DNA of 42,288 nt, taken from the IMG/VR virus record IMGVR_UViG_3300043220_000204, positions 1 through 42,288 of that record, one strand, 5' to 3'. The notes beneath the pieces are model-generated. The model worked only from the letters and a program-made list of their open reading frames with translations. It was not told the DNA's origin and ran no database searches. This stretch comes from a virus. Its lineage: Duplodnaviria > Caudoviricetes. The position numbers were made by a program, and so were the translations under genes. Of this stretch, positions 1 through 9,053 are shown one piece after another (positions within the stretch are counted from its first letter, which is position 1; each line of letters opens with the position of its first letter).

Positions 1-133
1 TCTCAACAAATTCAACACGGATATACACGTCATGCCCTTTGGTAATTATTTCGTTGCCTTCTCTGAACATGTCATATGTATCTGGGAAAAGTTCAAGTTT
101 TTGTTGTATTTTCTTAATTTCTATTATTTTCAT
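1..133 (-). CDS. hypothetical protein, truncated by window start
   Basis: ATG at 133 after AAGGGA SD-like sequence; open frame MKIIEIKKIQQKLELFPD... runs off the end. Confidence 0.5.
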   Translation of the reverse strand, partial: MKIIEIKKIQQKLELFPDTYDMFREGNEIITKGHDVYIRVEFVE

Positions 134-195
134 ATATTCCCTTTATTTTTTTAATAGTGTTTGTTTTTAATTATTTACTTTACTTTCTCCTGTAG

Positions 196-345
196 TTATC
201 TTATTTCAACCGTGGCATACCATCCAATATTAAACTCCTCACCGCAATATTGACATTCAAAATCTGTTGAATCACAGCAATCTGTCGGAAGGTCTTCACC
301 TTCAACGTTGAGATTTTTTTTACATTTTGGGCAATCTATATCCAT
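196..345 (-). CDS. small zinc-ribbon protein (49 aa, not in ORF track)
   Basis: AGGAGG SD; MDIDCPKCKK...FECQYCGEEF has two CxxC pairs. Confidence 0.75.
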   Translation of the reverse strand: MDIDCPKCKKNLNVEGEDLPTDCCDSTDFECQYCGEEFNIGWYATVEIR

Positions 346-363
346 CACTTCCTCCTGTATGAA

Positions 364-1008
364 TTAAATTTTTGTATTATCAGCTATTTTTTTCAAAACA
401 TTATCCATTTTTACATTTTGCGAAATCAAAGGAACATTCTGAGATTTCTTTTCAAGAATCTGTTTGCATTTTTCTGGATTACCTATCATTTTTACAGAAG
501 AGATCTGCTTTATTCCATTACTATCATTTGAAATTGAAGAAATTCCATAAAGAGATCCGTAATGTTTCCGGTTTTGATTTGAGAATGCTTTATAAGCTTT
601 TTTGAAATCATTCATTTTGAAAACAATATCCTTGCTATCACCTTCACAAAATTTAGGCCATCCACCGTAATATTGTTTTATTACTTCCTGGGTAACTGGA
701 TCGTCAAAAACGACTGATTGATAAGGGCCTACTCTTCTTATAGCTTCGAATGCTTGAGCGGCTTGAATTTCTGAGTTGTCAACAGAGCTGCCCTCGATTA
801 ATTCAATAAGCTCAACGGGCTTTGGAAACCATTTGAAAGAAACAACAGCTTTATTAATCACATTTTTTACAATACTGATATCAAATCTGTTTAATGCTGT
901 GTGGTAAGTTTTAATAAGATGTTCGTTAGATTCTTTTCCAAGTGTATAACAAAGACCACTAAGCAGATCTAAAAACTCTTTTCTTTCTATCTTATCACTC
1001 CAATCCAT
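364..1008 (-). CDS. DUF6475-like replication-associated protein (lambda P-like position, possible helicase loader)
   Basis: Motifs FPKPVEL, AIRRVGPYQSVVFDDP and GGW; directly downstream of the initiator with GGAGG SD. Confidence 0.7.
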   Translation of the reverse strand: MDWSDKIERKEFLDLLSGLCYTLGKESNEHLIKTYHTALNRFDISIVKNVINKAVVSFKWFPKPVELIELIEGSSVDNSEIQAAQAFEAIRRVGPYQSVVFDDPVTQEVIKQYYGGWPKFCEGDSKDIVFKMNDFKKAYKAFSNQNRKHYGSLYGISSISNDSNGIKQISSVKMIGNPEKCKQILEKKSQNVPLISQNVKMDNVLKKIADNTKI

Positions 1009-1010
1009 AA

Positions 1011-1859
1011 TTAATCCTCCATCATAATTTTATCATGAACTTTATTTATATTATCGAGCAACTTGTCGCCAGTGCCACCAGAATCTCTCTTGAAACTATT
1101 TGCTATTTTTTGAAACTTGGTTGTGCCGTTTTTAGACTTTCTTAATGAAGCTAATGACAACACATTACCTGACCAAAAATCATCTTTAACAGCCCATTTA
1201 AGAATGTTTATAATAAAATCTAAAGTAAAGTTATCAAGTCTTATTAATTTATCTACGGAATCACATCCGTTTTTGATTAAAGAATCTGTTATCTTTGGAG
1301 CAAGATTATTTTTTTCTGATTTTATATAATTTTGGAAGTCTGTAACGAAATTAAGAATATCCAACGGGTATTCTTTATTTACATTCTTTTCTTCTTTACG
1401 TTCTTTACGTTCTTGTTTCTTGTCGGACATGTCTGGGGTTTGTGTAGGGTCGCCATTGGTCTGTTCGTCGGTCTGTTCATTGGTCTGTGTGTAGTTAGTT
1501 ATTGTTTGGAATTTATCATAATTACAGATAGTTATCATGACTCCTTGTCGGTGCTTATGTGTGGTCACCATAAGTTCGTTCCTGAGGTACTTCATAGTGG
1601 CTTTCATTTGGCTTGTGCTGTATTTAGTAACTTTAAACCCAACATGCCACGATAAACCCTCTATAATATGCCTATAACGACAAAACAATTGACCGCGCAT
1701 TACAGCAAAGCCTCCTTTCGTCTTTCCGTCTTTATGATTTGCATTTAATAATAACCAATTCCAAGTCTCTCTTGTGCATGGTGGAGCAGTTGATATTTTT
1801 GAATTTTCAATAGCTCTTGCTTTTATTATAAACCCACCTGGGATGTAATTATCATCCAT
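1011..1859 (-). CDS. phage replication initiation protein (lambda O/DnaD-like architecture)
   Basis: N-terminal GFI..R / WLLLNANHKD / RGQ / ITICNYDKFQ motifs, repetitive linker, C-terminal WAVKDDFWSGNVLSLASLR; start placed at ATG 1859 rather than the ORF-track 1892. Confidence 0.8.
   Translation of the reverse strand: MDDNYIPGGFIIKARAIENSKISTAPPCTRETWNWLLLNANHKDGKTKGGFAVMRGQLFCRYRHIIEGLSWHVGFKVTKYSTSQMKATMKYLRNELMVTTHKHRQGVMITICNYDKFQTITNYTQTNEQTDEQTNGDPTQTPDMSDKKQERKERKEEKNVNKEYPLDILNFVTDFQNYIKSEKNNLAPKITDSLIKNGCDSVDKLIRLDNFTLDFIINILKWAVKDDFWSGNVLSLASLRKSKNGTTKFQKIANSFKRDSGGTGDKLLDNINKVHDKIMMED
1392..1491. repeat. putative origin iterons inside the initiator gene
   Basis: Three 12-bp units ttggtctgttcg/tcggtctgttca/ttggtctgtgtg (1456-1491) beside a strand-biased ttctttacg tandem (1392-1418). 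Confidence 0.55.
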
Positions 1860-1861
1860 AG

Positions 1862-2272
1862 TTAACCCTGTTCTTTTTTGTATATTGGACAATTTTTATC
1901 ATGATATTTTGGATCTTGCGTTTTTGTCATGCAGGTACATTTTGGAAATGGAATCATAACGTTGACTATTTCATATGCAAATTTTTTATCTGGAAATTCT
2001 TTTAAGGAGTCAAGGAATATTTTCCGTTGTTTTCTTAATTTTTTAAGGTGGCCTTCGTGTCTTCCTATTGAAGTCAAGAGACTGTTACATTTATTTCTAA
2101 TAGCCTCTTCGATAGAAGTGCAGCACTCATCTTTATCCACATAATAAGAATTATTTGAAACCCTTCCTGAAAAATATAAACCAATATTTACCTTATATTT
2201 TTTAGGGCATACTTTTTCAATTGGAATTTTAATAAATTCACCTTGGTCAATATCCCACTTAAAAATAAACAT
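1862..2272 (-). CDS. hypothetical protein
   Basis: Tightly packed ORF; C-terminal CTC..TQDPKYHDKNCP Cys/His motif. Confidence 0.7.
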   Translation of the reverse strand: MFIFKWDIDQGEFIKIPIEKVCPKKYKVNIGLYFSGRVSNNSYYVDKDECCTSIEEAIRNKCNSLLTSIGRHEGHLKKLRKQRKIFLDSLKEFPDKKFAYEIVNVMIPFPKCTCMTKTQDPKYHDKNCPIYKKEQG

Positions 2273-2611
2273 TTATTTTTTATCCTTTTCAATATCCAAT
2301 TTTCTATTTATTTTAATTAGGTCGCATTTTGGGCAGTTGGGTTGATCTATTGTGGACGGCCATGAAACATCACATGTGTAGCAGTGATTAATTTCACCCT
2401 CATTGGGTATTCTCTCAAGGTCAATCAGATACTGGTTATATACCTCTTCTTCTTTTTTGTTCTTAGCAACACAACAAAGAATTAATCGCTCAGACATTGC
2501 AGAATCACACCCATTATGCAATATTTGAAGTTCCTTAATTCTGTAATCAATCCAATCAATATCGTCAGTATAACGTTCAACATCAACACAAAGTGAATTA
2601 TCTCTTTTCAT
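2273..2611 (-). CDS. hypothetical protein with C-terminal zinc ribbon
   Basis: GGAGG SD; CYTC...CPKC. Confidence 0.7.
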   Translation of the reverse strand: MKRDNSLCVDVERYTDDIDWIDYRIKELQILHNGCDSAMSERLILCCVAKNKKEEEVYNQYLIDLERIPNEGEINHCYTCDVSWPSTIDQPNCPKCDLIKINRKLDIEKDKK

Positions 2612-2650
2612 TTCTTTTCCTCCCGTTTAATGTCCCATTTTCTATTTATT

Positions 2651-2842
2651 TTAATGCATCTGTGGCAGTTCTCTGAGTCTCATATCCATATCAAACACAT
2701 GTTTATCTGACACCTTCAATTCTTCTTTGCAATCTAAACAAACCTTATTCCCTTGACTGTACACTATTTCGCTATACGTCTCTTTAATTTCGCCACATCG
2801 AGTGCAAGTTAAGTCTGATTTTATTACGCTTAATATATCCAT
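2651..2842 (-). CDS. small zinc-finger hypothetical protein
   Basis: CTRC...CLDC; operon packing. Confidence 0.65.
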   Translation of the reverse strand: MDILSVIKSDLTCTRCGEIKETYSEIVYSQGNKVCLDCKEELKVSDKHVFDMDMRLRELPQMH

Positions 2843-2850
2843 ATTCTCGT

Positions 2851-3045
2851 TTATTCACCTTCCATTAAATCCAGCAATAAATTGCTTAAATAGGTATCAA
2901 ACAAACACCTATTAGATCCAGAAGGCTCAGACCTTCCACTCTCCCATGTTATATACGTTGATGGCTTTACACCAATATCATTTGCCATTTCGATCTGTGT
3001 CATTTTCTTATTTTCTCTTAATTTCTTAATCTGTTTCGGTGTCAA
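2851..3045 (-). CDS. XRE/Cro-like helix-turn-helix regulator
   Basis: LTPKQIKKLRENKKMTQIEMANDIGVKPSTYITWESGRSEP; TTG start at 3045 after AAGGAG; TTGACA upstream at 3111-3106. Confidence 0.85.
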   Translation of the reverse strand: MTPKQIKKLRENKKMTQIEMANDIGVKPSTYITWESGRSEPSGSNRCLFDTYLSNLLLDLMEGE

Positions 3046-3126
3046 TTTTGCTTCTCCTTGTTTAATTATTATAGTAGCTGTAGTAGTAACTTTAAAAAAT
3101 AAATATGTCAATTGTTTTTATTTATA

Positions 3127-3152
3127 TGTTCCCGAAATCTGTTTCGGGGACA
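3127..3152. terminator. intergenic hairpin, possible terminator
   Basis: tgttcccgaaa-tctg-tttcggggaca inverted repeat between the MTase and HTH genes; weak U-tract. Confidence 0.45.
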
Positions 3153-3186
3153 TGGTTTAATTTATTATTATTGTTTGATTTATAGT

Positions 3187-4263
3187 TCATTTTATTCCTT
3201 TCAAAATATGTGCAATTACGTCTATTGTAAATCCGTTTCCTATCATTTTGTAGCGTTGCGAATTGCTTACATGAATGGTATAGTTGTCTGGTATTGTTTG
3301 GAGGCGTTCACATTCTAAAACAGTTAATTTTCTACAATGGTTTTTATCAACAGGATACCATTCATGCCTGTCGTAAGAACCCCTACCACCAGAACGGACA
3401 CATTTAGATTTTTCCCGTATACATCCAAGATAAACCTTAACTTTTGATGATGCTCCTTGTGATGGCAAGCATCCATGCTTATTTTTTGGGAAAAATGCTC
3501 TTTGGTCTTGGCTGTTGTGTCCTTTATTTTTTATATCATATTGAACATAATTTTTTTTGAAAACTGGTGAAAACGAAGATATGTCAAAAATAACTACGTT
3601 ATCTTTCTGGACAGTTGTCAAGCAACCACATTTATTATCGAATCTTGGCTCAATGCGTTGCTCTGGCTTTATATTTTTGTTATAATCGTCCCTTTTTCCA
3701 GTTATAAGGCTTATTCTTCGACCAACGATTCTCCCAATATTGTTTAAATTATCTTCTAATATATCCTTTAGTAATATATTTTTATCTTCTGGTTGTTTTA
3801 TCCCCGGAATATTTGTCCAGTACAATCTTTTTCTATTTTGTGCAGAAACAAGAGCTGAATTTATTTCAATTGGCTCAACCCCCACAAGTTTTGAAATAAT
3901 ATCTTGGTATTCTTTTTTCATTTTCACATTTTCAAGTATAAAATACTTAGGATCAAGTTCTTTTAATAATCTCACAAATTCAAAAAAAAGCTTTGATCTT
4001 TCGTCTTCAAAATTTAACTGTTTTCCGGCAAAAGAAAAACCTTGACACGGAGAACCACCAACTAATAAATCTATATCTGGAACATTAAAAATATTTACTT
4101 TTTTTATATCTCCAAGTTGAATCGTCTCTGGATAATTAGCCTGGGTAACTTTGATTGCATATTTATCAATCTCAGATGCAAAATATTTTTCATATTTTAT
4201 GCCGGCCCTGTTAAGTGCTATTTGGGCACCGGATAGTCCATCGAATAAACTTAATACGTTCAC
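3187..4263 (-). CDS. dcm: DNA (cytosine-5)-methyltransferase
   Basis: Motif I LSLFDG, IV GGSPCQGFS, VI LENV, VIII QNRKRLYW, IX ECERLQT, X RYKMIGNG; GTG start. Confidence 0.95.
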   Translation of the reverse strand: MNVLSLFDGLSGAQIALNRAGIKYEKYFASEIDKYAIKVTQANYPETIQLGDIKKVNIFNVPDIDLLVGGSPCQGFSFAGKQLNFEDERSKLFFEFVRLLKELDPKYFILENVKMKKEYQDIISKLVGVEPIEINSALVSAQNRKRLYWTNIPGIKQPEDKNILLKDILEDNLNNIGRIVGRRISLITGKRDDYNKNIKPEQRIEPRFDNKCGCLTTVQKDNVVIFDISSFSPVFKKNYVQYDIKNKGHNSQDQRAFFPKNKHGCLPSQGASSKVKVYLGCIREKSKCVRSGGRGSYDRHEWYPVDKNHCRKLTVLECERLQTIPDNYTIHVSNSQRYKMIGNGFTIDVIAHILKGIK

Positions 4264-4400
4264 TTTTCCCTCCGGATCTTCTTAAAATCTTCATCCATCT
4301 TTTTTAATGTATTTATTACAAAATCAATAAATCTATCTGAAAAATGTGAGATTAAAACCGCGATGAAAACTAATGTTATACATGTTATTTTTCCTTCCAT
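4260..4400 (-). CDS. small membrane-anchored hypothetical protein (46 aa, not in ORF track)
   Basis: GGAG SD; MEGKITCITLVFIAVLISHF...; stop overlaps the MTase start (GTGA). Confidence 0.6.
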   Translation of the reverse strand: MEGKITCITLVFIAVLISHFSDRFIDFVINTLKKMDEDFKKIRREK

Positions 4401-4443
4401 TGCTTAATCTCCAATTTAATTAATATTATTTATCATTTGCACA

Positions 4444-4704
4444 TTATCTCTTTCGCTTCTCAACAATGTATCGCTCATGCTCAGCGGCCAAATCTTGATA
4501 TTTCACAACAGGGCAATTGGTTGAATGATCAATCTTTTTATTATTAGTCGAGTATGCGCTGCAAAATATACAAAAGTAAACGCCACCACTACTCTTTAAC
4601 GTAAAAAAACCAGGTTCCGTAAAAGACTCATTACACAGCTTAAGAAGGTCATTTACAATATTGCCATTAACAAGACCTGCCCTAATCATATATTCTTCCA
4701 TCAT
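4444..4704 (-). CDS. hypothetical protein
   Basis: GGAG SD; CIFC...HSTNCPV motif. Confidence 0.7.
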   Translation of the reverse strand: MMEEYMIRAGLVNGNIVNDLLKLCNESFTEPGFFTLKSSGGVYFCIFCSAYSTNNKKIDHSTNCPVVKYQDLAAEHERYIVEKRKR

Positions 4705-4718
4705 TGACTCCGTTTTAA

Positions 4719-4958
4719 TTAAATAATACCAACAGTATCATGAAATTCTTTTATCCTATCCGAATCAAAATAACTGTAATCATCAACACTATTAACGCTA
4801 AAATTAAATTCCTCCAACCCACTCGTGCTTATCGCCTCCATTGAATAATTATCATGTGCCGGGCTATATCTAAGCATAAAATGTATATCTTGCAATTCAT
4901 AAAGTTCAAAATATTCAACGTCAGAATTGTTTGACCAGAATTTCATAATTACTTCCAT
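4719..4958 (-). CDS. hypothetical acidic protein
   Basis: First sizeable ORF of the leftward unit. Confidence 0.6.
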   Translation of the reverse strand: MEVIMKFWSNNSDVEYFELYELQDIHFMLRYSPAHDNYSMEAISTSGLEEFNFSVNSVDDYSYFDSDRIKEFHDTVGII

Positions 4959-5019
4959 TTTTGGCTTTTTATTAATTCTTCTTTATTCATTTTATAGCCT
5001 TTTAAAATTAATATTAAAA

Positions 5020-5101
5020 CAACCCTAAATCTATTTATTTATTTTGTCAACCGTTTTTATTTATTTTTCCACTTGACTTTGGATTAATTATGAATTACTT
5101 T
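5020..5101. promoter_or_regulatory. back-to-back sigma70-type promoters at the strand switch
   Basis: TTGACA on - (5050-5045); TTGACT-17-TACTTT on + (5073-5101); AT-rich divergent intergenic region. Confidence 0.6.
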
Positions 5102-5137
5102 ATATTTGAAAATAATATTAATTAACAAGGAGAAAAG

Positions 5138-5290
5138 ATGAAACCAACAAAAATTCAGATTGAAGGAATTTCACAAAGTATTCAGGATATTATTGAAAAA
5201 GCAGCTACTAAGATTGGATTAAAAAAGAATGCTTTTATTATTATGGCTGCCACTAAAGAAGCAAATAAAATTATAAAGGATGGTGAATAA
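5138..5290 (+). CDS. ribbon-helix-helix regulator (DUF1778/Arc-like, 50 aa, not in ORF track)
   Basis: AAGGAG SD; MKPTKIQIEGISQSIQDIIEKAATKIGLKKNAFIIMAATKEANKII fits a beta-alpha-alpha pattern. Confidence 0.75.
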   Translation: MKPTKIQIEGISQSIQDIIEKAATKIGLKKNAFIIMAATKEANKIIKDGE

Positions 5291-5291
5291 A

Positions 5292-5408
5292 ATGGAAGAT
5301 TATCAACCATACGGCGCAGAGTGGAAAAAAGAAATGATGAAATTTCCAAAGAAAGTTCTTATTGAAATGTTAAAAAAAGCTCTTGAGAAAAGGGCAGTAA
5401 ACAAATGA
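5292..5408 (+). CDS. small hypothetical protein (38 aa)
   Basis: MEDYQPYGAEWKKEMMKFPKKVLIEMLKK; starts 1 nt after the upstream stop. Confidence 0.6.
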   Translation: MEDYQPYGAEWKKEMMKFPKKVLIEMLKKALEKRAVNK

Positions 5409-5559
5409 TAAAATCAACTAAATTCCGTAAAGATCTTAAAATTATGAGGAGCTGTGATGAAGTGTAAATACTGCAACGGACAAATAAACCAAAAACCCAA
5501 AAACCCCATCAAAGAAGCATTAAATAAACGATTTAAAATTTAAGGAGAAATAAAATAAG

Positions 5560-7491
5560 ATGAAACAATTAACAATTCAAAAATTAAAGATTAAAAACTT
5601 CAAGGGCATTAAGGATTTTGAGATTGCCCCTGCCGGAAAAGATTTATCAGTTTTCGGAGACAATGGAACGGGAAAGACAACAATTGCAGATGCTTTTTAC
5701 TGGCTTCTTTTTAATAAGGATAGCTCAGATAAGGCGAACTTTCTTTTAAAACCTCATGATAAAGATAACAACGAAATTCACAATCTTGAAACTGAGGTTG
5801 AAGTATTCCTTGAATTTTCAGGGGAAACTATAATTTTAAAAAAGGTTTTTCAGGAAAAATGGACTAAAAAAAGAGGAACCGCAATAAAAGAACACACCGG
5901 ACACACAACACAGCATTTTATCAATAATGTTCCTGAAAATGAAAGGACTTACAAAACACAAGTATCTGAATTAATAGATACAAATATCTTTAAAATGGTC
6001 ACAAACCCCATGGAGTTTAATAAAATTCACTGGGAAGACCGCAGGAAAATTCTTTTTGACATTTCCGGCGGAAGTATATCAGATGAAAATGTTGTTGAAG
6101 AACTATTCCCATCTGTAGCTGATAAAGATAAATTAAGCATACTTGTTAATATTTTAAACGGATCATCTGTTGAAGATCATAAAAAAATAATCTCTGCAAA
6201 GAAAGCAAAAATCAACAAAGAGATTGAGAAAATTCCTACCAGAATTGACGAGGTTACAGTCTCAATGAAAGAGCTTGAGCCTGTTGATAAGTCAGAAAAA
6301 GAACGTGTTGAAAGAGTTATATCAGTTGAGAGTGAAAAGCTTTCAAAGCTAAAATCAAATGAGGCAATCAGTGAAAAAAGAGTTGAAATCAACAATATTG
6401 ATTCTGAGATAATCAAGGTTAAGAATGATTTTAGCAGTAATAAGGTTGATAAAACCATTCCCTTGAAAGAAGAAATACAACAACTTGAATTTAATAAGAA
6501 TAAAGTAAAGAGAAAGATTGATGATTCAAAAGAAGATTTAGCAAGCTTCTCTTATAAAAAATTGAACCTTGAAAAGGAAATGGATGAACTCAGGAAAAAA
6601 TGGAAACGTGAAGATGGTAAGACACAAAAACTAAAAACTCATTGCCCTACATGCAACCAAGAGCTTCCCGATGATGAAATTGAAGAGGCTTTAAAAAAAT
6701 TCAATAATCAAAAATCCGAGGCCTTAAAAACAATTACAGATGAAGGTCAAAAATTAAGCAAAAGAGTTGATGAAATTAATGATAACACAAAAAAAATAAA
6801 TGACGAATTGAAGCCGTTAAAAATTCAGTTAAAAGAAAAAATAAAGGTTCTCGATAAGAAAAATAAAACCCTTGTCAATGTCCCTGCTGATAAATCAAAG
6901 CCTGATACAATTGATCTTGAAAAACAAAAAGAAAAACTCTTCTCTGAAATTAAGGATCTTGAAGAAGATTCAAGTTCAGAAGAGAATAAAATTTCTGAGA
7001 AAATCGAAGATCTTAAAAAAGAACTGTCTAAAATTGAAACTCTTGAACTTGAGCATGAAGCAAAAAAAACCTCTGTAAAAAGAATATCAGAACTTGAAGC
7101 CCAGGAAAAAACCCTTGCCGATGAATATGAAAAACTTGAATCAGAAATCTTCTTGATTGAAAATTTTATTGTTAAAAAGGTTGAAATGCTTGAGGATAAT
7201 ATTAATAGTAAGTTTAAACTTGCAAGATTTAAGCTATTCAAGAAACAGATCAATGGTGGAATCGACGATTGCTGTGAAACTCTGCATAAGGGAATACAAT
7301 TCAACCATGGGCTTAACTCTGCTGCACGAATAAACGTAGGACTTGATATCATTTCAACTCTTTCAGAATTTTATGGTTTCAGTGCGCCTGTGTTCATAGA
7401 CAACAGCGAATCTGTTAATGAAATTAATCATATTGATACTCAAATTATTTGCTTGGCTGTTTCGGGTGATAAAGAATTAACAATTAAATAA
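5560..7491 (+). CDS. Rad50/SbcC/SMC-like ATPase
   Basis: IKNFKGI, Walker A GDNGTGKT, long coiled coil with central CPTC hook, degenerate signature LNSAARIN, Walker B PVFIDNSE. Confidence 0.9.
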   Translation: MKQLTIQKLKIKNFKGIKDFEIAPAGKDLSVFGDNGTGKTTIADAFYWLLFNKDSSDKANFLLKPHDKDNNEIHNLETEVEVFLEFSGETIILKKVFQEKWTKKRGTAIKEHTGHTTQHFINNVPENERTYKTQVSELIDTNIFKMVTNPMEFNKIHWEDRRKILFDISGGSISDENVVEELFPSVADKDKLSILVNILNGSSVEDHKKIISAKKAKINKEIEKIPTRIDEVTVSMKELEPVDKSEKERVERVISVESEKLSKLKSNEAISEKRVEINNIDSEIIKVKNDFSSNKVDKTIPLKEEIQQLEFNKNKVKRKIDDSKEDLASFSYKKLNLEKEMDELRKKWKREDGKTQKLKTHCPTCNQELPDDEIEEALKKFNNQKSEALKTITDEGQKLSKRVDEINDNTKKINDELKPLKIQLKEKIKVLDKKNKTLVNVPADKSKPDTIDLEKQKEKLFSEIKDLEEDSSSEENKISEKIEDLKKELSKIETLELEHEAKKTSVKRISELEAQEKTLADEYEKLESEIFLIENFIVKKVEMLEDNINSKFKLARFKLFKKQINGGIDDCCETLHKGIQFNHGLNSAARINVGLDIISTLSEFYGFSAPVFIDNSESVNEINHIDTQIICLAVSGDKELTIK

Positions 7492-7506
7492 AAGGATCTA
7501 AATAAA

Positions 7507-8319
7507 ATGACAAAAAACCTACCAGTAACAATGCAAAAAACATTACGGGATCAAGGCATAATTAAAAGAATAAATGAAAGGCTCGGCGAAAAGGCCGGAA
7601 CTTTTATGACTTCTATTCTTGATTTATGTGGAGACGATAGTAATCTTATTGAGTGCGATAATAATCTTGTCATAAAAGAAGCTTTAAAGGCTGCCGCCCT
7701 TGATTTGCCAGTAAACAAGAACCTTGGTTTTGCTTATGTAATTCCATATAAAGAAAGAGGGGTTATGAAGCCTCATTTTCAAATGGGATATAAAGGATAT
7801 ATACAACTTGCGATAAGGACAGGACAGTATAAATACCTTAACGCAGGGATGGTTTACGAAGGTGAGATAATTGTTGAAGATCGCATCAAGGGAACTCTGG
7901 AAATATCTGGGGAAAAAACATCTGATAAAGTTATCGGCTATTTTTGCTACATGCAGCTCTTAAACGGTTTTGAAAAAGCAATAATATGGACTAAAGAAAA
8001 GGTTGAAGAACATGCAAAGACTTACTCAAAGAGCTATAATTCAAGTTCCTCGCCTTGGAAAAAAAGCCCACACCCTATGGCCTTAAAAACAATGATACTT
8101 CAACTTATTCCAAAATACGGTATCATGACAATTGAAATGTCGACAGCTATGAATCAGGACATGGCAGACTTTAAAGGCTTTGGAGGTTCCGTTCAAGAAG
8201 AAATCAACGACAATGCAAATAGTGAAGTAATTGACATTGAACCATTAACAGACAAAGACAAAGAAGAAATTAAAAAGAAAGAAGTTGAAGAGGCTCAAAA
8301 GGCTGAAATGGGTTTTTGA
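7507..8319 (+). CDS. recT: RecT-family single-strand annealing protein
   Basis: AAALDLPVNKNLGFAYVIPY, FQMGYKGYIQLAIRTGQY, SPW...MALKT. Confidence 0.93.
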   Translation: MTKNLPVTMQKTLRDQGIIKRINERLGEKAGTFMTSILDLCGDDSNLIECDNNLVIKEALKAAALDLPVNKNLGFAYVIPYKERGVMKPHFQMGYKGYIQLAIRTGQYKYLNAGMVYEGEIIVEDRIKGTLEISGEKTSDKVIGYFCYMQLLNGFEKAIIWTKEKVEEHAKTYSKSYNSSSSPWKKSPHPMALKTMILQLIPKYGIMTIEMSTAMNQDMADFKGFGGSVQEEINDNANSEVIDIEPLTDKDKEEIKKKEVEEAQKAEMGF

Positions 8320-9020
8320 TGATTGAAATAAAAACATTTGCTTCCGGGTCTTCCGGGAATTTATACAAAATAACAGATGGTGAGACTATTTTAATGATTG
8401 AGACAGGTCTCACCATTAAAAAAATCAAAGAGGCATTTGACTTTAAATTGTCAGATGTCTCTGGCTGTTTAATTTCCCATGAACATTCTGATCATTCAAA
8501 AGGTATTAAGGGAATGATAAAAGCCGGAATTAATTGCTATATGAGTGAAGGAACAAAAGAGGCTCTGAATGTATCGGGTCACAGAGTAAAGTCCGTAAAA
8601 TCAAAGGAATTGTTTGAAATTGGAACATTTAAAATATTGCCTTTTGATACACAGCATGATTGTTCTGAGCCATATGGTTTTTTAATTCAGTCCGGTGACG
8701 AAAAATTATTATTCGCAACTGACACATTCTATTTAAAATATAAATTTTCTGGGCTAAACTACATAATGATCGAATGTAATTATTCCAAAAAAATACTTGA
8801 GGAAAGTATTAAATCAGGACTAACACCAGCAGCTTTAAAAAACAGAATCACAAAAAGCCATTTTGAGCTTGAAAATGTAAAAGAATTCTTCCGGCAAAAT
8901 GATTTATCAAACGTTAAGGAAATTCATCTGTTACATATATCTTCAAATAATGGACATGATGAATTTTTTAAAAATGAGATTCAGGAATTTACCGGAAAGC
9001 CTGTTTGTGTAAAAAAATAA
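8316..9020 (+). CDS. MBL-fold metallo-hydrolase (YycJ/WalJ-like, probable exonuclease)
   Basis: ASGSSGN, SHEHSDH, HD, ATDT, IECNY, LLHISSNN; overlaps the recT stop. Confidence 0.9.
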   Translation: MMIEIKTFASGSSGNLYKITDGETILMIETGLTIKKIKEAFDFKLSDVSGCLISHEHSDHSKGIKGMIKAGINCYMSEGTKEALNVSGHRVKSVKSKELFEIGTFKILPFDTQHDCSEPYGFLIQSGDEKLLFATDTFYLKYKFSGLNYIMIECNYSKKILEESIKSGLTPAALKNRITKSHFELENVKEFFRQNDLSNVKEIHLLHISSNNGHDEFFKNEIQEFTGKPVCVKK

Positions 9021-9033
9021 TTATAAAACACCT

Positions 9034-9053
9034 GGGGCTTAAACGCCCCTTTT
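9034..9053 (+). terminator. probable intrinsic terminator
   Basis: GGGGC-ttaaac-GCCCC-TTTT after the MBL gene. Confidence 0.55.

Noticed and set aside
5138-5290. TacA-TacT type II toxin-antitoxin pair
   Set aside because: The RHH gene has no adjacent GNAT toxin; the only GNAT-like ORF is about 25 kb away in the packaging operon
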